Origin: Eledone cirrhosa
Lineage: Eukaryota
DNA length: 64,000 nucleotides
Assembly (NCBI GenBank): GCA_964016885.1
Contig: OZ024741.1
Coordinates: forward strand, 24,056,001 to 24,120,000
Direction: 5' to 3'
The position numbers and the translations under genes are program-made. The notes under the pieces are model-generated. The model was not told the origin of the DNA. It saw nothing but the letters and a program-made list of their open reading frames with translations, and made no database searches. Below, in pieces: positions 41,701 to 55,764 of the stretch. Numbering within the stretch: the stretch's first letter is position 1; every line of letters begins with the position of its first letter.

Positions 41701-44700
41701 CATATATAGTAAAAGACTGTGCTTCAGCTGTCACCTAACTCGAATCCAGTACATATATAGTAAAAAACTGTGCTTCAGCCATGACCCAACCCTAATCCCG
41801 TACATATATAGTAAAAGACTGTGCTTCAGCCATGACCTAACCCTAATCCAGTACATATATAGTAAAAGACTGTGCTTCAGCCATGACCTAACCCTAATCC
41901 AGTACATATATAGTAAAAGACTGTGCTTCAGCCATGACCTAACCCTAATCCAGTACATATATAGTAAAAGACTGTGCTTCAGCCATGACCTCACCCTAAT
42001 CCAGTACATATATAGTAAAAGACTGTGCTTCAGCTGTCACCTAACTCTAATCCAGTACATATATAGTAAAAGACTGTGCTTCAGCTGTCACCTAACTCTA
42101 ATCCAGTACATATATAGTAAAAGACCCTGCCTCAGCCATGACCTAACTCTAATCCAGTACATATATAGTAAAAGACTGTGCTTCAGCTGTCACCTAACCC
42201 TAATCCAGTACATATATAGTAAAAGACCGTGCCTCAGCCATGACCTAACCCTAATCCAGTACATATATAGTAAAAGACTGTGCTTCAGCCATGACCTAAC
42301 CCTAATCCAGTACATATATAGTAAAAGACTGTGCTTCAGCTGTCACCTAACCCTAATCCAGTACATATATAGTAAAAGACTGTGCTTCAGCCATGACCTA
42401 ACACAAATCCAGTACATATATAGTAAAAGACTGTGCTTCAGCTGTCACCTAACTCTAATCCAGTACATATATAGTAAAAGACTGTGCTTCAGCTGTCACC
42501 TAACTCTAATCCAGTACATATATAGTAAAAGACCCTGCCTCAGCCATGACCTAACTCTAATCCAGTACATATATAGTAAAAGACTGTGCTTCAGCTGTCA
42601 CCTAACCCTAATCCAGTACATATATAGTAAAAGACCGTGCCTCAGCCATGACCTAACCCTAATCCAGTACATATATAGTAAAAGACTGTGCTTCAGCCAT
42701 GACCTAACCCTAATCCAGTACATATATAGTAAAAGACTGTGCTTCAGCTGTCACCTAACCCTAATCCAGTACATATATAGTAAAAGACTGTGCTTCAGCC
42801 ATGACCTAACACTAATCCAGTACATATATAATAAAAGACTGTGCTTCAGCTGTCACCTAACTCTAATCCAGTACATATATAGTTAAAGACTGTGCTTCAG
42901 CTGTCACCTAACCCTAATCCAGTACATATATAGTAAAAGACTGTGCTTCAGCCATGACCTAACCCTAATCCAGTACATATATAGTAAAAGACTGTGCTTC
43001 AGCTATGACCTAACCCTAATCCAGTACATATATAGTAAAAGACTGTGCTTCAGCTGTCACCTAACCCTAATCCAGTACATATATAGTAAAAGACTGTGCT
43101 TCAGCCATAACCTAACCCTAATCCAGTACATATATAGTAAAAGACTGTGCTTCAGCCATGACCTAACCATAATCCAGTACATATATAGTAAAAGACTGTG
43201 CTTCAGACATGACCTAACCCTAATCCAGTACATATATAGTAAAAGACTGTGCTTCAGCCATGACCTAACCCTAATCCAGTACATATATAGTAAAAGACTG
43301 TGCTTCAGCTGTCACCTAACCCTAATCCAGTACATATATAGTAAAAGACTGTGCTTCATTCATAACCTAACCCTAATCCAGTACATATATAGTAAAAGAC
43401 TGTGCTTCAGCCATAACCTAACCCTAATCCAGTACATATATAGTAAAAGACTGTGCTTCAGCCATAACCTAACCCTAATCCAGTACATATATAGTAAAAG
43501 ACTGTGCTTCAGCCATGACCTAACCCTAATCCAGTATATATATAGTAAAAGACTGTGCTTCAGCCATGACCTAACCCTAATCCAGTACATATATAGTAAA
43601 AGACTGTGCTTCAGCCATGACCTAACCCTAATCCAGTACATATATAGTAAAAGACTGTGCTTCAGCCATGACCTAACCCTAATCCAGTACATATATAGTA
43701 AAAGACTGTGCTTCAGCCATAACCTAACCCTAATCCAGTACATATATAGTAAAAGACTGTGCTTCAGCCATGACCTAACCCTAATCCAGTACATATATAG
43801 TAAAAGACTGTGCTTCAGCCATGACCTAACCCTAATCCAGTACATATATAGTAAAAGACTGTGCTTCAGCTGTCACCTAACTCTAATCCAGTACATATAT
43901 AGTAAAAGACTGTGCTTCAGCTGTCACCTAACTCTAATCCAGTACATATATAGTAAAAGACCCTGCCTCAGCCATGACCTAACTCTAATCCAGTACATAT
44001 ATAGTAAAAGACTGTGCTTCAGCTGTCACCTAACCCTAATCCAGTACATATATAGTAAAAGACCGTGCCTCAGCCATGACCTAACCCTAATCCAGTACAT
44101 ATATAGTAAAAGACTGTGCTTCAGCCATGACCTAACACTAATCCAGTACATATATAGTAAAAGGCTGTGCTTCAGCTGTCACCTAACTCTAATCCAGTAC
44201 ATATATAGTAAAAGACTGTGCTTCAGCTGTCACCTAACCCTAATCCAGTACATATATAGTAAAAGACTGTGCTTCAGCCATGACCTAACCCTAATCCAGT
44301 ACATATATAGTAAAAGACTGTGCTTCAGCCATGACCTAACCCTAATCCAGTACATATATAGTAAAAGACTGTGCTTCAGCTGTCACCTAACCCTAATCCA
44401 GTAAATATATAGTAAAAGACTGTGCTTCAGCCATAACCTAACCCTAATCCAGTACATATATAGTAAAAGACTGTGCTTCAGCCATGACCTAACCATAATC
44501 CAGTACATATATAGTAAAAGACTGTGCTTCAGCCATGACCTAACCCTAATCCAGTACATATATAGTAAAAGACTGTGCTTCAGCCATGACCTAACCCTAA
44601 TCCAGTACATATATAGTAAAAGACTGTGCTTCAGCCATGACCTAACCCTAATCCAGTACATATATAGTAAAAGACTGTGCTTCAGCTGTCACCTAACCCT

Positions 44701-47700
44701 AATCCAGTACATATATAGTAAAAGACTGTGCTTCAGCCATTACCTAACCCTAATACAGTACATATATAGTAAAAGACTGTGCTTCAGCTGTCACCTAACC
44801 CTAATCCAGTACATATATAGTAAAAGACTGTGCTTCAGCCATGACCTAACCCTAATCCAGTACATATATAGTAAAAGACTGTGCTTCAGCTGTCACCTAA
44901 CCCTAATCCAGTACATATATAGTAAAAGACTGTGCTTCAGCCATGACCTAACCCTAATCCAGTACATATATAGTAAAAGACTGTGCTTCAGCTGTCACCA
45001 AACCCTAATCCTGTACATATGTAGTAAAAGACTGTGCTTCAGCTGTCACCTAACCCTAATCCAGTACATATATAGTAAAGACCGTGCTTCAGCCATGACC
45101 TAACCCTAATCCAGTACATATATAGTAAAAGACTGTGCTTCAGCTGTCACCTAACCCTAATCCAGTACATATATAGTAAATGACTGTGCTTCAGCTGTCA
45201 CCTAACCCTAATCCAGTACATATATAGTAAAAGACCGTGCCTCAGCTGTGACCTAACCCTAATCCAGTACATATATAGTAAAAGAGCGTGCCTCAGCTAT
45301 GACCTAACCCTAATCCAGTACATATATAGTAAAAGACCGTGCTTCAGCCACGATCTAACCCTAATCCAGTACATATATAGTAAAAGATCATGCCTCAGCT
45401 CTGACCTAACCTTAATCCAGTACATATATAGTAAAAGACTGTGCTTCAGCCATGACCTAACCCTAATCCAGTACATATATAATAAAAGACTGTGCTTCAG
45501 CCATGACCTAACCCTAATCCAGTACATATATAGTAAAAGACTGTGCTTCAGCTGTCACCTAACTCTAATCCAGTACATATATAGTAAAAGACTGTGCTTC
45601 AGCTGTCACCTAACTCTAATCCAGTACATATATAGTAAAAGACCCTGCCTCAGCCATGACCTAACTCTAATCCAGTACATATGTAGTAAAAGACTGTGCT
45701 TCAGCTGTCACCTAACCCTAATCCAGTACATATATAGTAAAAGACCGTGCCTCAGCCATGACCTAACCCTAATCCAGTACATATATAGTAAAAGACTGTG
45801 CTTCAGCCATGACCTAACCCTAATCCAGTACATATATAGTAAAAGACTGTGCTTCAGCTGTCACCTAACCCTAATCCAGTACATATATAGTAAAAGACTG
45901 TGTTTCAGCCATGACCTAACACTAATCCAGTACATATATAGTAAAAGACTGTGCTTCAGCTGTCACCTAACTCTAATCCAGTACATATATAGTAAAAGAC
46001 TGTGCTTCAGCTGTCACCTAACCCTAATCCAGTACATATATAGTAAAAAACTGTGCTTCAGCCATGACCTAACACTAATCCAGTACATATATAGTAAAAG
46101 ACTGTGCTTCAGCTATGACCTAACCCTAATCCAGTACATATATAGTAAAAGACTGTGCTTCAGCTGTCACCTAACCCTAATCCAGTACATATATAGTAAA
46201 AGACTGTGCTTCAGCGATAACCTAACCCTAATCCAGTACATATATAGTAAAAGACTGTGCTTCAGCCATGACCTAACCATAATCCAGTACATATATAGTA
46301 AAAGATTGTGCTTCAGCCATGACCTAACCCTAATCCAGTACATATATAGTAAAAGACTGTGCTTTAGCCATGACCTAACCCTAATCCAGTACATATATAG
46401 TAAAAGACTGTGCTTCAGCTGTCACCTAACCCTAATCCAGTACATATATAGTAAAAGACTGTGCTTCAGCCATAACCTAACCCTAATCCAGTACATATAT
46501 AGTAAAAGACTGTGCTTCAGCCATAACCTAACCCTAATCCAGTACATATATAGTAAAAGACTGTGCTTCAGCCATAACCTAACCCTAATCCAGTACATAT
46601 ATAGTAAAAGACTGTGCTTCAGCCATGACCTAACCCTAATCCAGTACATATATAGTAAAAGACTGTGCTTCAGGCATGACCTAACCCTAATCCAGTACAT
46701 ATATAGTAAAAGACTGTGCTTCAGCCATGACCTAACCCTAATCCAGTACATATATAGTAAAAGACTGTGCTTCAGCCATGACCTAACCCTAATCCAGTAC
46801 ATATATAGTAAAAGGCTGTGCTTCAGCCATAACCTAACCCTAATCCAGTACATATATAGTAAAAGACTGTGCTTCAGCCATGACCTAACCCTAATCCAGT
46901 ACATATATAGTAAAAGACTGTGCTTCAGCCATGACCTAACCCTAATCCAGTACATATATAGTAAAAGACTGTGCTTCAGCAATGACCTAACGCTAATCCA
47001 GTACATATATAGTAAAAGACTGTGCTTCAGCTGTCACCTAACTCTAATCCAGTACATATATAGTAAAAGACTGTGCTTCAGCTGTCACCTAACTCTAATC
47101 CAGTACATATATAGTAAAAGACCCTGCCTCAGCCATGACCTAACTCTAATCCAGTACATATATAGTAAAAGACTGTGCTTCAGCTGTCACCTTACCCTAA
47201 TCCAGTACATATATAGTAAAAGACCGTGCCTCAGCCATGACCTAACCCTAATCCAGTACATATATAGTAAAAGACTGTGCTTCAGCCATGACCTAACCCT
47301 AATCCAGTACATATATAGTAAAAGACTGTGCTTCAGCTGTCACCTAACCCTAATCCAGTACATATATAGTAAAAGACTGTGCTTCAGCCATGACCTAACC
47401 CTAATCCAGTACATATATAGTAAAAGACTGTGCTTCAGGCATGACCTAACCCTAATCCAGTACATATATAGTAAAAGACCCTGCCTCAGCCATGACCTAA
47501 CTCTAATCCAGTACATATATAGTAAAAGACTGTGCTTCAGCTGTCACCTAACCCTAATCCAGTACATATATAGTAAAAGACCGTGCCTCAGCCATGACCT
47601 AACCCTAATCCAGTACATATATAGTAAAAGACTGTGCTTCAGCCATGACCTAACCCTAATCCAGTACATATATAGTAAAAGACTGTGCTTCAGCTGTCAC

Positions 47701-50700
47701 CTAACCCTAATCCAGTACATATATAGTAAAAGACTGTGCTTCAGCCATGACCTAACACAAATCCAGTACATATATAGTAAAAGACTGTGCTTCAGCTGTC
47801 ACCTAACTCTAATCCAGTACATATATAGTAAAAGACTGTGCTTCAGCTGTCACCTAACTCTAATCCAGTACATATATAGTAAAAGACCCTGCCTCAGCCA
47901 TGACCTAACTCTAATCCAGTACATATATAGTAAAAGACTGTGCTTCAGCTGTCACCTAACCCTAATCCAGTACATATATAGTAAAAGACCGTGCCTCAGC
48001 CATGACCTAACCCTAATCCAGTACATATATAGTAAAAGACTGTGCTTCAGCCATGACCTAACCGTAATCCAGTACATATATAGTAAAAGACTGTGCTTCA
48101 GCTGTCACCTAACCCTAATCCAGTACATATATAGTAAAAGACTGTGCTTCAGCCATGACCTAACACTAATCCAGTACATATATAATAAAAGACTGTGCTT
48201 CAGCTGTCACCTAACTCTAATCCAGTACATATATAGTTAAAGACTGTGCTTCAGCTGTCACCTAACCCTAATCCAGTACATATATAGTAAAAGACTGTGC
48301 TTCAGCCATGACCTAACCCTAATCCAGTACATATATAGTAAAAGACTGTGCTTCAGCTATGACCTAACCCTAATCCAGTACATATATAGTAAAAGACTGT
48401 GCTTCAGCTGTCACCTAACCCTAATCCAGTACATATATAGTAAAAGACTGTGCTTCAGCCATAACCTAACCCTAATCCAGTACATATATAGTAAAAGACT
48501 GTGCTTCAGCCATGACCTAACCATAATCCAGTACATATATAGTAAAAGACTGTGCTTCAGACATGACCTAACCCTAATCCAGTACATATATAGTAAAAGA
48601 CTGTGCTTCAGCCATGACCTAACCCTAATCCAGTACATATATAGTAAAAGACTGTGCTTCAGCTGTCACCTAACCCTAATCCAGTACATATATAGTAAAA
48701 GACTGTGCTTCAGCCATAACCTAACCCTAATCCAGTACATATATAGTAAAAGACTGTGCTTCAGCCATAACCTAACCCTAATCCAGTACATATATAGTAA
48801 AAGACTGTGCTTCAGCCATAACCTAACCCTAATCCAGTACATATATAGTAAAAGACTGTGCTTCAGCCATGACCTAACCCTAATCCAGTATATATATAGT
48901 AAAAGACTGTGCTTCAGCCATGACCTAACCCTAATCCAGTACATATATAGTAAAAGACTGTGCTTCAGCCATGACCTAACCCTAATCCAGTACATATATA
49001 GTAAAAGACTGTGCTTCAGCCATGACCTAACCCTAATCCAGTACATATATAGTAAAAGACTGTGCTTCAGCCATAACCTAACCCTAATCCAGTACATATA
49101 TAGTAAAAGACTGTGCTTCAGCCATGACCTAACCCTAATCCAGTACATATATAGTAAAAGACTGTGCTTCAGCCATGACCTAACCCTAATCCAGTACATA
49201 TATAGTAAAAGACTGTGCTTCAGCTGTCACCTAACTCTAATCCAGTACATATATAGTAAAAGACTGTGCTTCAGCTGTCACCTAACTCTAATCCAGTACA
49301 TATATAGTAAAAGACCCTGCCTCAGCCATGACCTAACTCTAATCCAGTACATATATAGTAAAAGACTGTGCTTCAGCTGTCACCTAACCCTAATCCAGTA
49401 CATATATAGTAAAAGACCGTGCCTCAGCCATGACCTAACCCTAATCCAGTACATATATAGTAAAAGACTGTGCTTCAGCCATGACCTAACCCTAATCCAG
49501 TACATATATAGTAAAAGACTGTGCTTCAGCTGTCACCTAACCCTAATCCAGTACATATATAGTAAAAGACTGTGCTTCAGCCATGACCTAACACTAATCC
49601 AGTACATATATAGTAAAAGGCTGTGCTTCAGCTGTCACCTAACTCTAATCCAGTACATATATAGTAAAAGACTGTGCTTCAGCTGTCACCTAACCCTAAT
49701 CCAGTACATATATAGTAAAAGACTGTGCTTCAGCCATGACCTAACCCTAATCCAGTACATATATAGTAAAAGACTGTGCTTCAGCCATGACCTAACCCTA
49801 ATCCAGTACATATATAGTAAAAGACTGTGCTTCAGCTGTCACCTAACCCTAATCCAGTAAATATATAGTAAAAGACTGTGCTTCAGCCATAACCTAACCC
49901 TAATCCAGTACATATATAGTAAAAGACTGTGCTTCAGCCATGACCTAACCATAATCCAGTACATATATAGTAAAAGACTGTGCTTCAGCCATGACCTAAC
50001 CCTAATCCAGTACATATATAGTAAAAGACTGTGCTTCAGCCATGACCTAACCCTAATCCAGTACATATATAGTAAAAGACTGTGCTTCAGCTGTCACCTA
50101 ACCCTAATCCAGTACATATATAGTAAAAGACTGTGCTTCAGCCATTACCTAACCCTAATACAGTACATATATAGTAAAAGACTGTGCTTCAGCTGTCACC
50201 TAACCCTAATCCAGTACATATATAGTAAAAGACTGTGCTTCAGCCATGACCTAACCCTAATCCAGTACATATATAGTAAAAGACTGTGCTTCAGCTGTCA
50301 CCTAACCCTAATCCAGTACATATATAGTAAAAGACTGTGCTTCAGCCATGACCTAACCCTAATCCAGTACATATATAGTAAAAGACTGTGCTTCAGCTGT
50401 CACCAAACCCTAATCCTGTACATATGTAGTAAAAGACTGTGCTTCAGCTGTCACCTAACCCTAATCCAGTACATATATAGTAAAGACCGTGCTTCAGCCA
50501 TGACCTAACCCTAATCCAGTACATATATAGTAAAAGACTGTGCTTCAGCTGTCACCTAACCCTAATCCAGTACATATATAGTAAAAGACTGTGCTTCAGC
50601 CATGACCTAACTCTAATCCAGTACATATATAGTAAAAGACTGTGCTTCAGCTGTCACCTAACTCGAATCCAGTACATATATAGTAAAAAACTGTGCTTCA

Positions 50701-53700
50701 GCCATGACCCAACCCTAATCCCGTACATATATAGTAAAAGACTGTGCTTCAGCCATGACCTAACCCTAATCCAGTACATATATAGTAAAAGACTGTGCTT
50801 CAGCCATGACCTAACCCTAATCCAGTACATATATAGTAAAAGACTGTGCTTCAGCCATGACCTAACCCTAATCCAGTACATATATAGTAAAAGACTGTGC
50901 TTCAGCCATGACCTCACCCTAATCCAGTACATATATAGTAAAAGACTGTGCTTCAGCTGTCACCTAACTCTAATCCAGTACATATATAGTAAAAGACTGT
51001 GCTTCAGCTGTCACCTAACTCTAATCCAGTACATATATAGTAAAAGACCCTGCCTCAGCCATGACCTAACTCTAATCCAGTACATATATAGTAAAAGACT
51101 GTGCTTCAGCTGTCACCTAACCCTAATCCAGTACATATATAGTAAAAGACCGTGCCTCAGCCATGACCTAACCCTAATCCAGTACATATATAGTAAAAGA
51201 CTGTGCTTCAGCCATGACCTAACCCTAATCCAGTACATATATAGTAAAAGACTGTGCTTCAGCTGTCACCTAACCCTAATCCAGTACATATATAGTAAAA
51301 GACTGTGCTTCAGCCATGACCTAACACAAATCCAGTACATATATAGTAAAAGACTGTGCTTCAGCTGTCACCTAACTCTAATCCAGTACATATATAGTAA
51401 AAGACTGTGCTTCAGCTGTCACCTAACTCTAATCCAGTACATATATAGTAAAAGACCCTGCCTCAGCCATGACCTAACTCTAATCCAGTACATATATAGT
51501 AAAAGACTGTGCTTCAGCTGTCACCTAACCCTAATCCAGTACATATATAGTAAAAGACCGTGCCTCAGCCATGACCTAACCCTAATCCAGTACATATATA
51601 GTAAAAGACTGTGCTTCAGCCATGACCTAACCCTAATCCAGTACATATATAGTAAAAGACTGTGCTTCAGCTGTCACCTAACCCTAATCCAGTACATATA
51701 TAGTAAAAGACTGTGCTTCAGCCATGACCTAACACTAATCCAGTACATATATAATAAAAGACTGTGCTTCAGCTGTCACCTAACTCTAATCCAGTACATA
51801 TATAGTTAAAGACTGTGCTTCAGCTGTCACCTAACCCTAATCCAGTACATATATAGTAAAAGACTGTGCTTCAGCCATGACCTAACCCTAATCCAGTACA
51901 TATATAGTAAAAGACTGTGCTTCAGCTATGACCTAACCCTAATCCAGTACATATATAGTAAAAGACTGTGCTTCAGCTGTCACCTAACCCTAATCCAGTA
52001 CATATATAGTAAAAGACTGTGCTTCAGCCATAACCTAACCCTAATCCAGTACATATATAGTAAAAGACTGTGCTTCAGCCATGACCTAACCATAATCCAG
52101 TACATATATAGTAAAAGACTGTGCTTCAGACATGACCTAACCCTAATCCAGTACATATATAGTAAAAGACTGTGCTTCAGCCATGACCTAACCCTAATCC
52201 AGTACATATATAGTAAAAGACTGTGCTTCAGCTGTCACCTAACCCTAATCCAGTACATATATAGTAAAAGACTGTGCTTCAGCCATAACCTAACCCTAAT
52301 CCAGTACATATATAGTAAAAGACTGTGCTTCAGCCATAACCTAACCCTAATCCAGTACATATATAGTAAAAGACTGTGCTTCAGCCATAACCTAACCCTA
52401 ATCCAGTACATATATAGTAAAAGACTGTGCTTCAGCCATGACCTAACCCTAATCCAGTATATATATAGTAAAAGACTGTGCTTCAGCCATGACCTAACCC
52501 TAATCCAGTACATATATAGTAAAAGACTGTGCTTCAGCCATGACCTAACCCTAATCCAGTACATATATAGTAAAAGACTGTGCTTCAGCCATGACCTAAC
52601 CCTAATCCAGTACATATATAGTAAAAGACTGTGCTTCAGCCATAACCTAACCCTAATCCAGTACATATATAGTAAAAGACTGTGCTTCAGCCATGACCTA
52701 ACCCTAATCCAGTACATATATAGTAAAAGACTGTGCTTCAGCCATGACCTAACCCTAATCCAGTACATATATAGTAAAAGACTGTGCTTCAGCTGTCACC
52801 TAACTCTAATCCAGTACATATATAGTAAAAGACTGTGCTTCAGCTGTCACCTAACTCTAATCCAGTACATATATAGTAAAAGACCCTGCCTCAGCCATGA
52901 CCTAACTCTAATCCAGTACATATATAGTAAAAGACTGTGCTTCAGCTGTCACCTAACCCTAATCCAGTACATATATAGTAAAAGACCGTGCCTCAGCCAT
53001 GACCTAACCCTAATCCAGTACATATATAGTAAAAGACTGTGCTTCAGCCATGACCTAACACTAATCCAGTACATATATAGTAAAAGGCTGTGCTTCAGCT
53101 GTCACCTAACTCTAATCCAGTACATATATAGTAAAAGACTGTGCTTCAGCTGTCACCTAACCCTAATCCAGTACATATATAGTAAAAGACTGTGCTTCAG
53201 CCATGACCTAACCCTAATCCAGTACATATATAGTAAAAGACTGTGCTTCAGCCATGACCTAACCCTAATCCAGTACATATATAGTAAAAGACTGTGCTTC
53301 AGCTGTCACCTAACCCTAATCCAGTAAATATATAGTAAAAGACTGTGCTTCAGCCATAACCTAACCCTAATCCAGTACATATATAGTAAAAGACTGTGCT
53401 TCAGCCATGACCTAACCATAATCCAGTACATATATAGTAAAAGACTGTGCTTCAGCCATGACCTAACCCTAATCCAGTACATATATAGTAAAAGACTGTG
53501 CTTCAGCCATGACCTAACCCTAATCCAGTACATATATAGTAAAAGACTGTGCTTCAGCCATGACCTAACCCTAATCCAGTACATATATAGTAAAAGACTG
53601 TGCTTCAGCTGTCACCTAACCCTAATCCAGTACATATATAGTAAAAGACTGTGCTTCAGCCATTACCTAACCCTAATACAGTACATATATAGTAAAAGAC

Positions 53701-54996
53701 TGTGCTTCAGCTGTCACCTAACCCTAATCCAGTACATATATAGTAAAAGACTGTGCTTCAGCCATGACCTAACCCTAATCCAGTACATATATAGTAAAAG
53801 ACTGTGCTTCAGCTGTCACCTAACCCTAATCCAGTACATATATAGTAAAAGACTGTGCTTCAGCCATGACCTAACCCTAATCCAGTACATATATAGTAAA
53901 AGACTGTGCTTCAGCTGTCACCAAACCCTAATCCTGTACATATGTAGTAAAAGACTGTGCTTCAGCTGTCACCTAACCCTAATCCAGTACATATATAGTA
54001 AAGACCGTGCTTCAGCCATGACCTAACCCTAATCCAGTACATATATAGTAAAAGACTGTGCTTCAGCTGTCACCTAACCCTAATCCAGTACATATATAGT
54101 AAATGACTGTGCTTCAGCTGTCACCTAACCCTAATCCAGTACATATATAGTAAAAGACCGTGCCTCAGCTGTGACCTAACCCTAATCCAGTACATATATA
54201 GTAAAAGAGCGTGCCTCAGCTATGACCTAACCCTAATCCAGTACATATATAGTAAAAGACCGTGCTTCAGCCACGATCTAACCCTAATCCAGTACATATA
54301 TAGTAAAAGATCATGCCTCAGCTCTGACCTAACCTTAATCCAGTACATATATAGTAAAAGACTGTGCTTCAGCCATGACCTAACCCTAATCCAGTACATA
54401 TATAATAAAAGACTGTGCTTCAGCCATGACCTAACCCTAATCCAGTACATATATAGTAAAAGACTGTGCTTCAGCTGTCACCTAACTCTAATCCAGTACA
54501 TATATAGTAAAAGACTGTGCTTCAGCTGTCACCTAACTCTAATCCAGTACATATATAGTAAAAGACCCTGCCTCAGCCATGACCTAACTCTAATCCAGTA
54601 CATATGTAGTAAAAGACTGTGCTTCAGCTGTCACCTAACCCTAATCCAGTACATATATAGTAAAAGACCGTGCCTCAGCCATGACCTAACCCTAATCCAG
54701 TACATATATAGTAAAAGACTGTGCTTCAGCCATGACCTAACCCTAATCCAGTACATATATAGTAAAAGACTGTGCTTCAGCTGTCACCTAACCCTAATCC
54801 AGTACATATATAGTAAAAGACTGTGTTTCAGCCATGACCTAACACTAATCCAGTACATATATAGTAAAAGACTGTGCTTCAGCTGTCACCTAACTCTAAT
54901 CCAGTACATATATAGTAAAAGACTGTGCTTCAGCTGTCACCTAACCCTAATCCAGTACATATATAGTAAAAAACTGTGCTTCAGCCATGACCTAAC
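38781..54996. repeat. Near-identical ~7.3 kb blocks (38781-46073 and 47704-54996) at offset 8923 bp (175 monomers - 2 bp), each built from a 3569-bp (70 monomers - 1 bp) sub-unit
   Basis: Seven ORF pairs are offset by exactly 8923 (39488/48411, 39743/48666, 40916/49839, 41731/50654, 43057/51980, 44383/53306, 45297/54220). The marker AACACAAATC is at 38831, 42400, 47754 and ~51323. Confidence 0.93.
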
Positions 54997-55764
54997 CCTA
55001 ATCCAGTACATATATAGTAAAAGACTGTGCTTCAGCCATGACCTAACCATAATCCAGTACATATATAGTAAAAGACTGTGCTGCAGCCATGACCTAACCC
55101 TAATCCAGTACATATATAGTAAAAGACTGTGCTGCAGCCATGACCTAACCCTAATCCAGTACATATATAGTAAAAGACTGTGCTTCAGCTGTCACCTAAT
55201 TCTAATCCAGTACATATATAGTAAAAGACTGTGCTGCAGCCATGACCTAACCCTAATCCAGTACATATATAGTAAAAGACTGTGCTTCAGCCATGACCTA
55301 ACCATAATCCAGTACATATATAGTAAAAGACTGTGCTTCAGCCATGACCTAACCATAATCCAGTACATATATAGTAAAAGACTGTGCTTCAGCCATGACC
55401 TAACCATAATCCAGTACATATATAGTAAAAGACTGTGCTTCAGCCATGACCTAACCCTAATCCAGTACATATATAGTAAAAGACTGTGCTTCAGCTGTGA
55501 CCTAACTCTAATCCAGTACATATATAGTAAAAGACTGTGCTTCAGCCATGACCTAACCATAATCCAGTACATATATAGTAAAAGACTGTGCTTCAGCCAT
55601 GACCTAACCATAATCCAGTACATATATAGTAAAAGACTGTGCTTCAGCCATGACCTAACCATAATCCAGTACATATATAGTAAAAGACTGTGCTTCAGCC
55701 ATGACCTAACCCTAATCCAGTACATATATAGTAAAAGACTGTGCTTCAGCCATGACCTAACCAT

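Noticed and set aside
1094-48240. Long + strand ORFs (up to 760 aa) as annotated CDS
   Set aside because: They are pure 17-aa repeats produced by a 51-bp monomer with one stop-free frame. Starts and stops are sporadic monomer variants, frameshifts are scattered, and there is no unique domain. Kept only as a speculative finding.
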